Source: Acidobacteriota bacterium (lineage in GTDB: Bacteria; Acidobacteriota; Vicinamibacteria; Vicinamibacterales; JAFNAJ01). From it: DNA of 19,253 nt. The translations under genes and the position numbers were made by a program. Under the pieces are notes generated by a model. The model was not told the origin of the DNA. It searched no databases and was given only the letters and a program-made list of their open reading frames with translations. Below, piece by piece: positions 7,531 to 15,914 of this stretch (the first letter of the stretch is position 1; each line of letters begins with the position of its first letter). The DNA lies in the NCBI GenBank assembly GCA_017860085.1, contig JAFNAJ010000009.1:1-19253 (forward strand), written 5' to 3'.

Positions 7531-9642
7531 ATGAGTCTCCGGTCCAAGCTGATCACTGCCTTCCTGCTGATGGCCGTGGTGCCGCTGGCGCTGGTGACCG
7601 TGGCGTCGTACCGGACCTCGGTGCGGGCATTCCGCCACGCGGTCGAAGCAGAGGCCGCCAGCCTGGCCGGCGACATGGGCCAGCGCATGGAGGTCGTGAC
7701 CAGCGAGATCGGCCGGCGGGTCGAGCGGGTCTGGGATGCGCCTGGATCCGACGAGTGGAGCATTGCCCAGGCCAGCGAGCACGTGGCCGCCCGGATTCCT
7801 GAGGGCCTGGCCGAGGCCCTCGGAGAGACCGCGCTGCTGCTCGAACGGGTCGAGGTGGTGCCGGTCGCCCCTGCCGCAAACGGGACGACCCGCGAGCACC
7901 GGTCATTCATTCTGAAAGGACACGTACCGCCGCCCCCGCCGCCCCCTGCCCCCGAGCCTGAACATGCCGCCCCCGCCGTACCGCCGCCCCCGCCGCCCAA
8001 AGTGGCCGTGGTGGCAGCGCCCGCCGCGTCGCGTGGCGAGGCGGTCGTCGTGGATCTCACCGGGGTGATGGAGGAACTGAAGCGCGAGATCGCCGGGCCA
8101 GCCGGCGATCCGCAGCGTGCGGCCGCCGCCGCGTGGGTGGACGTCGTCGGGCGTCAGGTCGTCACCGGCCTCGAACTGGGGCGGCGCTCGGCTGCTGCGG
8201 GGCTGCGCCTGGGCGCCGAAGAGCTGGCGCGCCAGGCCGAGCGGCACCAGTGGACGGTCGAGCGGAAGCGGGCCCTCATGCAGCGGGGCGAGATCGACGT
8301 GCCCGTCGAGCGCGAAGGCCGCGTCGTGGGCAAGGTCAATGCCCGCGTAGACCTCGAGCGCATGCTGGGCACCGTGCTCGCCTTGTCGCGGCGCGAGGCG
8401 GGCGAGGTGCCGTTCGCGATCGACGCGCAGCGCCGCGTGCACACGGCACGCGACAGCGACCGGGCCACGCTCGAGAACATCGGCGTGATGAGCGACGCGA
8501 AGGCGGGCAGCCTGCCGGAGGTCCGCTCGGACGACGACTGGATCGTCGTGACGAGGGCCGATTCGAGCGGCGTCGTGTTCGGGCTGGCGCGACCGGTGGC
8601 CGATTCGCTCGGCGAGATCCGGCGCACCTCCGTGCGCAACCTCGGCTTCGGCCTGGCGCTGATCGGCCTGGCGCTCATCGGGATCATTCCCGTGTCGCGT
8701 GGCATGACGCGCAACCTGTCAGTGCTGACTGACGGAGCCAACCAGTTGGCCCGGGGCGACCTCAGCGTCCGCGTTCCGGTGAAGTCCTCCGACGAGTTCG
8801 GTCACCTCGCCAGGTCGTTCAACCAGATGGCCGCAGGCCTGGAGTCGCATCAGAAACTGGTGGTCGAGCAGGAACGGCTGCACCGTGAGCTCGAGCTCTG
8901 CCGCCGGATCCAGACTGAAATGCTGCCGCGGACCCGCCTGCGGCTCGGGCTGGCCGAGATCAAGGGCATCTCGATTCCCGCGCGCGAGGTGGGCGGCGAC
9001 TTCTTCAACTACTTCGTCTTGCCCGACGGCAGCCTGGCGCTCGTCGTGGGCGACGTGTCGGGCAAGGGCGTGAGTGCGGCGCTGCTCATGGCAAACATCC
9101 AGGCCACGCTGCGCGCCCGCATGCCGCTCGAAAACGACCTCGCGCGGCTGGTAGAGACGATCGACCACGAAGTGGACGAGAACACACCAGGTGGCGTGTT
9201 TGTCACCCTGTTCGTGGGGATTCTCGACACCGAGCGCCGCGTGTTGCGGTACATCAACGCGGGTCACAACCCGCAGTTCGTCCTGCGGGCCAGCGGAAGC
9301 ATCGAACGGTTGTCGTCGGCTGGCCTGCCCGTGGGCCTCTATCCGGGCCAGGGCTACGCGGAGAGCGAAGTCGCCCTGGGCGATGCCGATCTGCTCTTCT
9401 TCTACACGGACGGCATGGTCGAGACCGAGAACGAGCGCGGCGACATGTTCAGCATCGACCGTCTGGAGGCGCTGCTGGTCGCCGAGCACCAGGCTGGCGT
9501 CGACGACTTGCTCGACCGCCTCGAACGCGTGGTGCGGGAGTTCAGGGGAACGGCCGAGCCTTTCGACGATGCCACCATGATGGCGCTGCGCCTCGACCGT
9601 GGACCAGCCCTCTCGTCGCCTCAGGTCCCCCTGGAACCGTAG
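7531..9642 (+). CDS. Membrane-anchored sensor PP2C serine phosphatase (TM - large extracytoplasmic region with poly-Pro tract - TM - HAMP - SpoIIE/RsbU-type PP2C)
   Basis: GAGGG at 7519-7523 lies 7 nt before the ATG. TM1 is LITAFLLMAVVPLALVTVASY and TM2 is LGFGLALIGLALIGIIPV. The HAMP region is LSVLTDGANQLARGDLSVRVPVKSSDEFGHLARSFNQMAAGL. PP2C motifs are present: VGGDFFNYF, LVVGDVSGKGVSAALLMA, FVTLFVGILD, YINAGHNP, LLFFYTDGMVE. A proline-rich stretch PPPPPPPAPEPEHAAPAVPPPPPPK lies in the extracytoplasmic region. Confidence 0.8.
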   Translation: MSLRSKLITAFLLMAVVPLALVTVASYRTSVRAFRHAVEAEAASLAGDMGQRMEVVTSEIGRRVERVWDAPGSDEWSIAQASEHVAARIPEGLAEALGETALLLERVEVVPVAPAANGTTREHRSFILKGHVPPPPPPPAPEPEHAAPAVPPPPPPKVAVVAAPAASRGEAVVVDLTGVMEELKREIAGPAGDPQRAAAAAWVDVVGRQVVTGLELGRRSAAAGLRLGAEELARQAERHQWTVERKRALMQRGEIDVPVEREGRVVGKVNARVDLERMLGTVLALSRREAGEVPFAIDAQRRVHTARDSDRATLENIGVMSDAKAGSLPEVRSDDDWIVVTRADSSGVVFGLARPVADSLGEIRRTSVRNLGFGLALIGLALIGIIPVSRGMTRNLSVLTDGANQLARGDLSVRVPVKSSDEFGHLARSFNQMAAGLESHQKLVVEQERLHRELELCRRIQTEMLPRTRLRLGLAEIKGISIPAREVGGDFFNYFVLPDGSLALVVGDVSGKGVSAALLMANIQATLRARMPLENDLARLVETIDHEVDENTPGGVFVTLFVGILDTERRVLRYINAGHNPQFVLRASGSIERLSSAGLPVGLYPGQGYAESEVALGDADLLFFYTDGMVETENERGDMFSIDRLEALLVAEHQAGVDDLLDRLERVVREFRGTAEPFDDATMMALRLDRGPALSSPQVPLEP
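7921..8005 (+). repeat. Low-complexity CCG/CCC (proline-codon) repeat tract inside the PP2C sensor gene
   Basis: ccgccgcccccgccgccccctgcccccgagcctgaacatgccgcccccgccgtaccgccgcccccgccgccc encodes the poly-Pro linker. It is coding low complexity, not a CRISPR or intergenic repeat. Confidence 0.6.
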
Positions 9643-9649
9643 AAGCGGT

Positions 9650-9736
9650 TTCACAACCCGGACGGGTCCTGTCCGCGAGGCTGTGAAGCCGGTTCCAGAA
9701 CGATCCGGCTGCACGGGTTAGGGTTAAGCTGTCCCG
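9650..9736 (+). ncRNA. Weak candidate degenerate TPP (THI-box) riboswitch in the 5' leader of the NCS1 permease gene
   Basis: GCGAGGCUGUGAAGCC resembles the thiM GUGAAGGCUGAGA element, with UGUGA in place of the conserved UGAGA. GAACGAUCCGG...CGGGUUAGGG resembles the CCUGAUCUGG...GCGUAGGGA pyrophosphate-sensor arm. The match is partial and unverified. Confidence 0.2.
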
Positions 9737-10972
9737 ATGCGTGCCGTCGAGTTTGGTCCGGTCCCGCTGTCCGAGCGCACGCAGTCGGCCTTCGACCTCT
9801 TCCTGATTTTCGCCGGCGCGAACATCGTCGCCACGACGCTCCAGGTTGGTGCAGCGCTGGCGCCCGACTATCCCCCGCGGCTGGCCATGGCCCTCATCGT
9901 TGCGGGGACCGTGCTGGGATCGGCCCTCGTGGCGGTGTTGGCGCCCATTGGACCGAGGCTTGGCGTGCCCTCGGTCGTCGCGGCCCGGGCGGTGCTCGGC
10001 CTGCGAGGGGCGGCCGCGGTCGCGCTGCTCCTCTACCTGACCAACTTCGCCTGGATCGCCATCAACAACCAGATCGCGGCCTCGGTCAGTGCCCAGGCGG
10101 TCGGCCACCCCGGTGCCGCCAGGCTGTTGAACGGGTTGCTCGGCGTGATGGCCACTGCCATCGTCGCGGGAGGTCCTCGGGCCGTGGGCCGTGCCGACCG
10201 CGTCGCCGTGCCCGTGATGCTGCTTGTGGGTGTGCTGTTGACGGCTGCGCTGATCACGAGGGTTCCCACGCCCGGCGGGAGCGTTGGGCCAGCTTCGGCC
10301 CCGCTGCTCCGCGGGCTCGACGTCGTGATCGGGTACCAGGTGTCGTGGATCCTCATGTTCGCCGACTACTCGCGGTACACCCGGTCGGCCAGGCGCGGGG
10401 CCGTGGCGGTGTTTCTCGGGCTGGCCGTGATGAGCGCCTGGTTCATTCCCATCGGTTTCTACGCGGCGCGCGCGGCGGGATCGAGTGATCCGGGCGCGAT
10501 GCTGGCCGCGACGGGCATTGGTTGGTGGGGAGCCCTGCTCGTGACGTTGGCGACAGTCACCACCAACTTCGTCAACATCTACCTGTCGTCGCTTGCGCTG
10601 AAGAGCCTGTGGCCCAGGGTGGGCGACCAGTTTGCCGTGTGGTCCATCGGCCTGGCCGGCACGGCGCTCGGCTTGTCCTCAAATGCGTGGCTGGGTCGCT
10701 ATGCCGACCTGATGCTGGTGTTGGGTGCCTTGCTCGTGCCGGTGGGTGGCATTCTGCTCGCGCACTACTTCCTGCTGGATCGCTCAACGAGGGTGGACGA
10801 TCTCTACGACTCTTCAGGCCCGTACGCCCGCCGGGGCGGATTCTCGACCGCGGGCGTCACGGCCTGGGTCGTGGGCAGCGCCACGTACTTCGTGGCCAGC
10901 CCGATAGGGTCCACGCTGCCGGCTCTGCTGGCTGCCGTGGTGACCTATGCCGCGCTCGCACGTCGTGCCTGA
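9737..10972 (+). CDS. NCS1-family permease (cytosine/purine/hydroxymethylpyrimidine CodB/CytX-like), 12-TM
   Basis: The 411-aa protein is very hydrophobic. The N-terminal SERTQSAFDLFLIFAGANIVATTLQVGAAL parallels CodB FTVWFGANMVITTLMTGALL. The length fits CodB/CytX. Confidence 0.65.
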   Translation: MRAVEFGPVPLSERTQSAFDLFLIFAGANIVATTLQVGAALAPDYPPRLAMALIVAGTVLGSALVAVLAPIGPRLGVPSVVAARAVLGLRGAAAVALLLYLTNFAWIAINNQIAASVSAQAVGHPGAARLLNGLLGVMATAIVAGGPRAVGRADRVAVPVMLLVGVLLTAALITRVPTPGGSVGPASAPLLRGLDVVIGYQVSWILMFADYSRYTRSARRGAVAVFLGLAVMSAWFIPIGFYAARAAGSSDPGAMLAATGIGWWGALLVTLATVTTNFVNIYLSSLALKSLWPRVGDQFAVWSIGLAGTALGLSSNAWLGRYADLMLVLGALLVPVGGILLAHYFLLDRSTRVDDLYDSSGPYARRGGFSTAGVTAWVVGSATYFVASPIGSTLPALLAAVVTYAALARRA

Positions 10973-11003
10973 GCCCGACTCGTCGACGCACGCTGGGGCC
11001 ACG

Positions 11004-11987
11004 ATGGGCGTGGCGTTCACGGCCGATCGCGGCGACGCCGGTGTGCGGGTCGACTTGGCGGTGTTGAGGCATCTCCCCCCGTCGAGGGTGCGATCGCGGA
11101 CCCGGGTTCAGCGCCTGGTCGCCGGCGGCGCGATCGAGGTCAACGGGCGAGTCGTGCGGCGCGCGTCGACGCGCCTCGCGCCGGGTGATCACGTCCTGGT
11201 TGCCTGGCCGGACGCGCACGCCCGGCAGGCGCCGGTGCCGCAGGCCATCAGGTTGGCGGTGCTCTTCGAGGATGAGTGGCTGATTGCCGTGAACAAGCCG
11301 CCCGGGCTCATCGTGCACCCGTCGTACAAGCACCCGGATCACACGCTGATCAACGCGCTCGTATGGCACGCGCGGATGGCCGACCCTGCGAGCGAGGCGC
11401 CCCGGTTGCTGCATCGCCTCGACAAGTGGACGTCGGGAGTGGTCGTGGCGGCGAGGAGTGGCTCGAGCTATGGCCCCCTGCTGACCGCGATGCGCGCGGC
11501 CGACGCTGAGAAGGCCTACCTGGCCGTGACCTACCGCGGACCTCGCCGACGTACCGGTGCGATCCGGTTCGCACTGGGGCGCGATGCTCACGACCGACGC
11601 CGGGTCGTGGCGTCGACAGGTGACGGGCGTGAGAGCCTCACGCGGTATGAGTGCGTGGCGCGAACCGCTGGAGCCAGACGAGGGCTGTCGTTGCTGCAGT
11701 GTCGCCTCGTCACCGGGCGGATGCACCAGATTCGAGTGCACCTGTCGGCCAGTGGCTGGCCGATCGTCGGCGATCCGTTCTACGGCAGCCGCGGCTGGGA
11801 GCGCATTCGCGATCCCCACCTGGCGGAGGTGACGCGACAATTCCCACGGCAAGCCCTGCACGCCTGGCGAGTGCGCTTCACGCACCCGTTCACGGGCGAA
11901 CGACTCTCGATCGTGGCCGGTGTACCCGACGACCTGGGGGCCTTGCTCGACGCGGGCGGGTTCGACCCGCGGCTCACCGACGCCTGA
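11004..11987 (+). CDS. RluA-family 23S rRNA pseudouridine synthase with an N-terminal S4 domain (RluD-like)
   Basis: The S4-like N-terminus is RVDLAVLRHL...SRTRVQRLVAGGAIEVNGRVV. The catalytic motif is HRLDKWTSGVVVAAR. Conserved HQIRVHLSASGWPIVGDPFYG is present. The 327-aa size matches RluD. An alternative in-frame ATG at 10947 would overlap the permease gene by 26 nt. Confidence 0.8.
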   Translation: MGVAFTADRGDAGVRVDLAVLRHLPPSRVRSRTRVQRLVAGGAIEVNGRVVRRASTRLAPGDHVLVAWPDAHARQAPVPQAIRLAVLFEDEWLIAVNKPPGLIVHPSYKHPDHTLINALVWHARMADPASEAPRLLHRLDKWTSGVVVAARSGSSYGPLLTAMRAADAEKAYLAVTYRGPRRRTGAIRFALGRDAHDRRRVVASTGDGRESLTRYECVARTAGARRGLSLLQCRLVTGRMHQIRVHLSASGWPIVGDPFYGSRGWERIRDPHLAEVTRQFPRQALHAWRVRFTHPFTGERLSIVAGVPDDLGALLDAGGFDPRLTDA

Positions 11988-12008
11988 TTCGTCGGTCATC
12001 GGCCGCGC

Positions 12009-12518
12009 TCAGTGCATGTCGATTGGCGGCGCGGACGCGGTACCCGCGCTGGGCATCCAGCGGGGGGTCGAGGCGCGGTAGGCTGCGTACTCGTCCCCGA
12101 ACTGACGTCGAAGACGAGGCTCCTCGTAGAGCACGACGAAGGCGTGGAAGGCGGCGAAGCACGCCACCGTGTAGATCGCCAGTGAGGGGGCCGCGAAGTA
12201 CAGCGCCTCGCCAGCCAGGAGCAGGGTGACGCCGATGTACATCGGGTTTCTCATCGACCGATAGGGGCCGGTCACGACAAGGTGTCGCGGAGGGTCCACG
12301 GGCGCAGGGGTACCACCGCCCACGAAAGCGAACGTGGCGAGCGCCGACGCGTAGAGTGAGGCTCCGGCGAGCACGGCAACCAGCCCTCCGGCGCTCAGGA
12401 GCCACGGCACCGCACCGTCACTCGTGGGCCAGCGCTCGAGGATCCTCCGAGGGACCAGTACGGCCACGGCGCCGGGCACGATGATGGTGAACACCAGGTT
12501 CTTGACGAGTAGCCTCAC
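12009..12518 (-). CDS. Isoprenylcysteine carboxyl methyltransferase (ICMT)/phospholipid methyltransferase-family membrane protein
   Basis: The ICMT/PEMT signature LVVTGPYRSMRNPMYIGV is present. The protein is hydrophobic and 169 aa. It starts at GTG 12518 and is convergent with rluD. Confidence 0.7.
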   Translation of the reverse strand: MRLLVKNLVFTIIVPGAVAVLVPRRILERWPTSDGAVPWLLSAGGLVAVLAGASLYASALATFAFVGGGTPAPVDPPRHLVVTGPYRSMRNPMYIGVTLLLAGEALYFAAPSLAIYTVACFAAFHAFVVLYEEPRLRRQFGDEYAAYRASTPRWMPSAGTASAPPIDMH

Positions 12519-12596
12519 GGCAGCGCCCGGTCAGGACGCGATCGTATACGAGAGGCCGGCCGGTTGCTCAGGCTCGCAGGCTGTCAGTCGCATATC

Positions 12597-13679
12597 ATGA
12601 AACGCGCCATGACACGTCGAGCCCCTGCGTTCCAGGTCCTGTGCGTTGCGGGTGTCATCGCCCTCAGCGCCACCGGGGCTGGCCGCGCGACGCCACCCGC
12701 CGCCCTGACAGTCCACCAGGACGTTCCAGGGGATAGGGGAACCTTCGAGCAGTGGATTGCGGATGTTCGTTCCGTGGCCCTCGCGCGCGGCATCAGGGCC
12801 GAGACGATCGACGCGGCGCTCACGGGTCTGGAGCCCCTGCCAGTGGTCGTCGAGCGAGACCGGACCCAGGCAGAGGTCAGGTTCGACCTGGATCGGTACC
12901 TGAAGCGCCGCCTGACGCGCAAGATGCTGCGCACAGCCAGCGACCAGATGCGCCAGCACCGCGCGCTTCTTGAGCGGACCTTCGCGGCCTACGGGGTGGA
13001 GCCGCACATCCTCGTCGCGATCTGGGGACTGGAATCGAACTTCGGTCGGTTCGCCGGCGTGCGACCCACCGTGGCTGCCCTGGCGACGCTTGGGTGGGAG
13101 GGCCGACGCGAGACGTTCTTTCGCGAGGAGTTGATTGCCGCGCTGCGCATTCTCGATGCCGGCGACATCTCGCCCTCTGCCATGAAAGGGTCGTGGGCGG
13201 GCGCCATGGGCCAGCCACAGTTCATGCCATCGAGTTACTTGCAGTACGCGCAGGACTTCGACGGTGACGGCCGCCGCGACATCTGGGCGTCACTGCCGGA
13301 CGTGTTCGCGTCGATTTCAAAGTACCTGGTGGATCGTGGGTGGGTGAAAGGCGAGCGGTGGGGACGCGAGGTCAAGGTGTCGACTGCGGCCGCCAGGCGG
13401 ATCGTGCAGAGCGTGCCGTCGCGCGACTCGAGCTGTAACGCGGCACGGCAGGCTCGCGGCCCGCTCCCCATCCAGCGCTGGAGGGAGCTGGGTGTCGTGC
13501 TGCCTGGGGGCGGGGCCCTGCCGCGGAGCGACATGCAGGCATCGCTCTTCCAGGCCGGTCGCCGCAGCTTCCTGCTGTACCGAAACTACGACGCGATCCT
13601 CGCCTACAACTGCGCGAATACCTACGCGCTCAGCGTGGGGCTGTTGGCCGATCGGACGGCGGCCGCACGTCGACGGTGA
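12597..13679 (+). CDS. mltB: Lytic murein transglycosylase B family (Slt35/MltB, SLT_2)
   Basis: The N-terminus has a signal-like MKRAMTRRAPAFQVLCVAGVIALSATGAG. The catalytic-Glu box ILVAIWGLESNFGRF and conserved AMGQPQFMPSSY are present. The ATG at 12597 is chosen. Another ATG is at 12609 and neither has an SD. Confidence 0.8.
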   Translation: MKRAMTRRAPAFQVLCVAGVIALSATGAGRATPPAALTVHQDVPGDRGTFEQWIADVRSVALARGIRAETIDAALTGLEPLPVVVERDRTQAEVRFDLDRYLKRRLTRKMLRTASDQMRQHRALLERTFAAYGVEPHILVAIWGLESNFGRFAGVRPTVAALATLGWEGRRETFFREELIAALRILDAGDISPSAMKGSWAGAMGQPQFMPSSYLQYAQDFDGDGRRDIWASLPDVFASISKYLVDRGWVKGERWGREVKVSTAAARRIVQSVPSRDSSCNAARQARGPLPIQRWRELGVVLPGGGALPRSDMQASLFQAGRRSFLLYRNYDAILAYNCANTYALSVGLLADRTAAARRR

Positions 13680-14742
13680 CCTCGGCAACCCCGAACCCTC
13701 GCTCGCCCTCGCGCGCGTAGCGCACGTCGCGCATCAGTACGTGAACGCCGGTGGCGGTCTCCGCCACGTCGAACGACGGATAGCGCATCCACGTGCGAAA
13801 GCCCCGAACCTCTGGATTCGAGAGAGCCACGGCCACCGCCGGGTGGTCGTCGCCTCGCCGGAGGGGGGATCCGCCCGCGCTGATCTCGCCGTTCCGCAGA
13901 TCGACGACCAGGAACTCGTAGCGATCGGCCAAGCCGACAATCACGTCGCGGCGCCAGGGATCGAGCGGCAGGGGACCCGCCATGAGCGTGACCGGGACGA
14001 CGTCGCGGGCAGCCAGCCAGGCGCGAGCCCGCTCTCGCGCCACGACCGATCCGCTTCGCATGGCCGCGATGTACACCAACAGGGCGCTCAACCCGACGAG
14101 AGCGAGCGTCGGAGCATGGCGTTCGGTGTCCAGCCTCGTCCGAGCCACGACGATCGCTGACACGCACGCGACCCAAACGATCCTGGCCGTCCACGATCCG
14201 AACGGGCTCGAGATCACGAACGCCGTGGTCAGCAGGGCGAGCGCGCTCCACGCCCATGTCTGCGCGCGCCCGCCGCGGGCCGCCACGGCTGCCCCGACGC
14301 CTGCCAGCAGCCAGAACCACGGATCGACGATGAAGAGCGTGTCGCCGTAGAACCAGCGGCCGTCGAACGGCATCAGGAGGCGAACGCCGTAGGTGTTGAG
14401 CAAGTCGAGGGCCGGATGACTCCAGACCGCGAGGAACGCGAGCAGGAGCAAGGGGACGCCGCGAACGGCAGGCACGCCTCCAGCCCCGCGCCGCGATGGG
14501 CTCCGGCCGAGCAGGACCATGGCTCCCGCCAGCAGGAACGGCAGCACGAACAGGGCTGCCACGCCATGGGTCCAGCCTCGGCGAACCAGGAGCGCCGTGT
14601 CCGAACCAGCCAGGTAGGCGACCGCGTCGAGGTCGGGCAGGTTGGCCCCGATGACGAGCGTGGCGGCCCCGAAGCGGCTCAGGCGCTTGAGCCCCGTGGC
14701 CGCGAGGGACGCGCCGACCAGCGTGTGGGCGACAGGATCCAT
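13630..14742 (-). CDS. YdjM/DUF457-family membrane-bound metal-dependent hydrolase (371 aa) with a C-terminal extramembrane domain
   Basis: The N-terminus MDPVAHTLVGASLAATGL...GANLPDLDAV is typical of the YdjM metal-dependent hydrolase family. Multiple TM helices follow, then about 150 aa of soluble domain. The ORF-track ORF (13630..15468) is truncated to the internal ATG at 14742. The upstream extension is low-complexity translation that overlaps the next gene in another frame. The ATG lies 10 nt after the upstream gene's stop. Confidence 0.6.
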   Translation of the reverse strand: MDPVAHTLVGASLAATGLKRLSRFGAATLVIGANLPDLDAVAYLAGSDTALLVRRGWTHGVAALFVLPFLLAGAMVLLGRSPSRRGAGGVPAVRGVPLLLLAFLAVWSHPALDLLNTYGVRLLMPFDGRWFYGDTLFIVDPWFWLLAGVGAAVAARGGRAQTWAWSALALLTTAFVISSPFGSWTARIVWVACVSAIVVARTRLDTERHAPTLALVGLSALLVYIAAMRSGSVVARERARAWLAARDVVPVTLMAGPLPLDPWRRDVIVGLADRYEFLVVDLRNGEISAGGSPLRRGDDHPAVAVALSNPEVRGFRTWMRYPSFDVAETATGVHVLMRDVRYAREGERGFGVAEVTVDVRPPSDRPTAPR

Positions 14743-14752
14743 CGGCGCGGGG

Positions 14753-15844
14753 TCAGTCGGCGTTGAGGAGGACCACCATGACGATGAGGAGGATCGCGAT
14801 GACGACGAGGGCGATCTTCCAGACGCTCTTCGGGTAGTCTCCGGCGATCTTGCCAGTGCACCCGTTGACGGCCACCTGGTAGGCCTTTGCTCCGTAGGTG
14901 TAGGAGAGAAACCAGACAGGCACCAGCACGTGCTTGAACGTGGGCCTCGAGAACTCAGGGTGGATGCTGAGGTTACGGTACGTGTCGCCAGGCACCTGCG
15001 CGCCGCACATCTCGGTGAGTTTCTGGCGCATCGCTTCCCGCGACATGTTCGCTGCCTCGACGAGCACCACCTGGTAGTGCTCGACGACGTGCCCCGAGAG
15101 GTAGCCGGTATCGTAGGGCACGAGCTCTGGTGTCGGGAACGGTTCGATCTGCCTGACGAGGTCCGTGCGCATGCCTCGCGTCCCAGGCACGGGCTCGTCG
15201 TCGAAGAAATGGTCGACGACTCCCGACGCCCATTCCCACCGGACCTTGCGCACCTGTCGGACCTGGGGGCGGCCACGACCGTCACGGACCTCCTCGCGCA
15301 CGTAGTAGTAGTGGCCCGCCTCGGCCTCCCAGGGGCAGTGCACTTGCGCGTCGAAGGTCCAGTAGGGAACGTACAGGCTGCGTACCGTGTCGACCAGAGC
15401 ACGGCGCTTGAGATTGCCCGGCGCGAACCACTTGCTGCCGAACCAGCGCCGGATGTCGTCGCGGACACGGCCGGCGCCGATCTTGAAAGGCAACAGGCTC
15501 TGCGGCGTGATCGGGGCCTTGATCTCCTCGTAGGGCACGAGCGCCGGCGAACCGCAGAACTCGCAGTTCTGGCCCACGCGTTCGGCGGGGAACACCATCA
15601 CCGCCTTGCAGCTCTGACACTGCACGCTGCGGCTCTCGAGGTGCCACCCGCGCAGCTCCTCGGGCAGGTCGCGGAGGGCCGTGACGAGATCAATCTCCTG
15701 GATCTTCCCGGTGTCCTTGTCGAACACGTAAGGCGACTCGGTGCCGCAGAACGGGCACACGAGGCGCTGACTGGCCGGGTTCCACTCGGCCTGGGCGCCG
15801 CACGCGGGACACGCGTGCTTCTCACGGGCGACGACGTCGGTCAT
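14753..15844 (-). CDS. Double zinc-ribbon protein with a central domain and a C-terminal transmembrane anchor (YdjG-like partner of the SPFH protein)
   Basis: Two CxxC-x(n)-CxxC ribbons are present: HACPACGAQAEWNPASQRLVCPFCG and VQCQSCKAVMVFPAERVGQNCEFCG. The C-terminus has a TM helix, VWKIALVVIAILLIVMVVLL. It lies immediately downstream of the SPFH gene on the same strand. Confidence 0.55.
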   Translation of the reverse strand: MTDVVAREKHACPACGAQAEWNPASQRLVCPFCGTESPYVFDKDTGKIQEIDLVTALRDLPEELRGWHLESRSVQCQSCKAVMVFPAERVGQNCEFCGSPALVPYEEIKAPITPQSLLPFKIGAGRVRDDIRRWFGSKWFAPGNLKRRALVDTVRSLYVPYWTFDAQVHCPWEAEAGHYYYVREEVRDGRGRPQVRQVRKVRWEWASGVVDHFFDDEPVPGTRGMRTDLVRQIEPFPTPELVPYDTGYLSGHVVEHYQVVLVEAANMSREAMRQKLTEMCGAQVPGDTYRNLSIHPEFSRPTFKHVLVPVWFLSYTYGAKAYQVAVNGCTGKIAGDYPKSVWKIALVVIAILLIVMVVLLNAD

Positions 15845-15914
15845 CGTTCAAAGAGGCGTGTGTCCAGCGGGCTGGTGGCGCGGCTGAACCTCGAGGCCTC
15901 GGCAAGGCTCCCGG

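Noticed and set aside
7900-8010. Repetitive CCGCCGCCCCCGCC tracts considered as possible CRISPR or intergenic repeat
   Set aside because: They are in-frame proline codons inside the PP2C sensor gene. There is no repeat-spacer periodicity and no cas genes nearby.
6981-9642. STAS-domain anti-sigma antagonist expected between or beside the RsbW-like kinase and the PP2C phosphatase
   Set aside because: No ORF in any frame of this region or elsewhere in the window shows a STAS signature. Its absence is reported as a finding rather than forcing a call.
9643-9736. Purine (guanine/adenine) riboswitch upstream of the NCS1 permease
   Set aside because: There is no UAUA...GGAUAUGGC...GUUUCUACC...CCGUAAAU-type conserved elements. 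Only the weak THI-box resemblance was retained as a low-confidence finding.
12542-12551. Perfect 10-bp palindrome TCGTATACGA in the ICMT/mltB divergent intergenic region
   Set aside because: It is short and could be a chance palindrome or part of a -10 (TATAC). There is no second copy in the window to suggest an operator family.
13630-15468. 612-aa minus-strand ORF in the six-frame track
   Set aside because: Only the C-terminal 371 aa (from MDPVAHTL at 14742) look like a real protein (YdjM family). The N-terminal 240 aa are Ser/Arg/Thr-rich low-complexity translation. They overlap the well-supported Zn-ribbon gene in another frame. This is a high-GC open-frame artefact.
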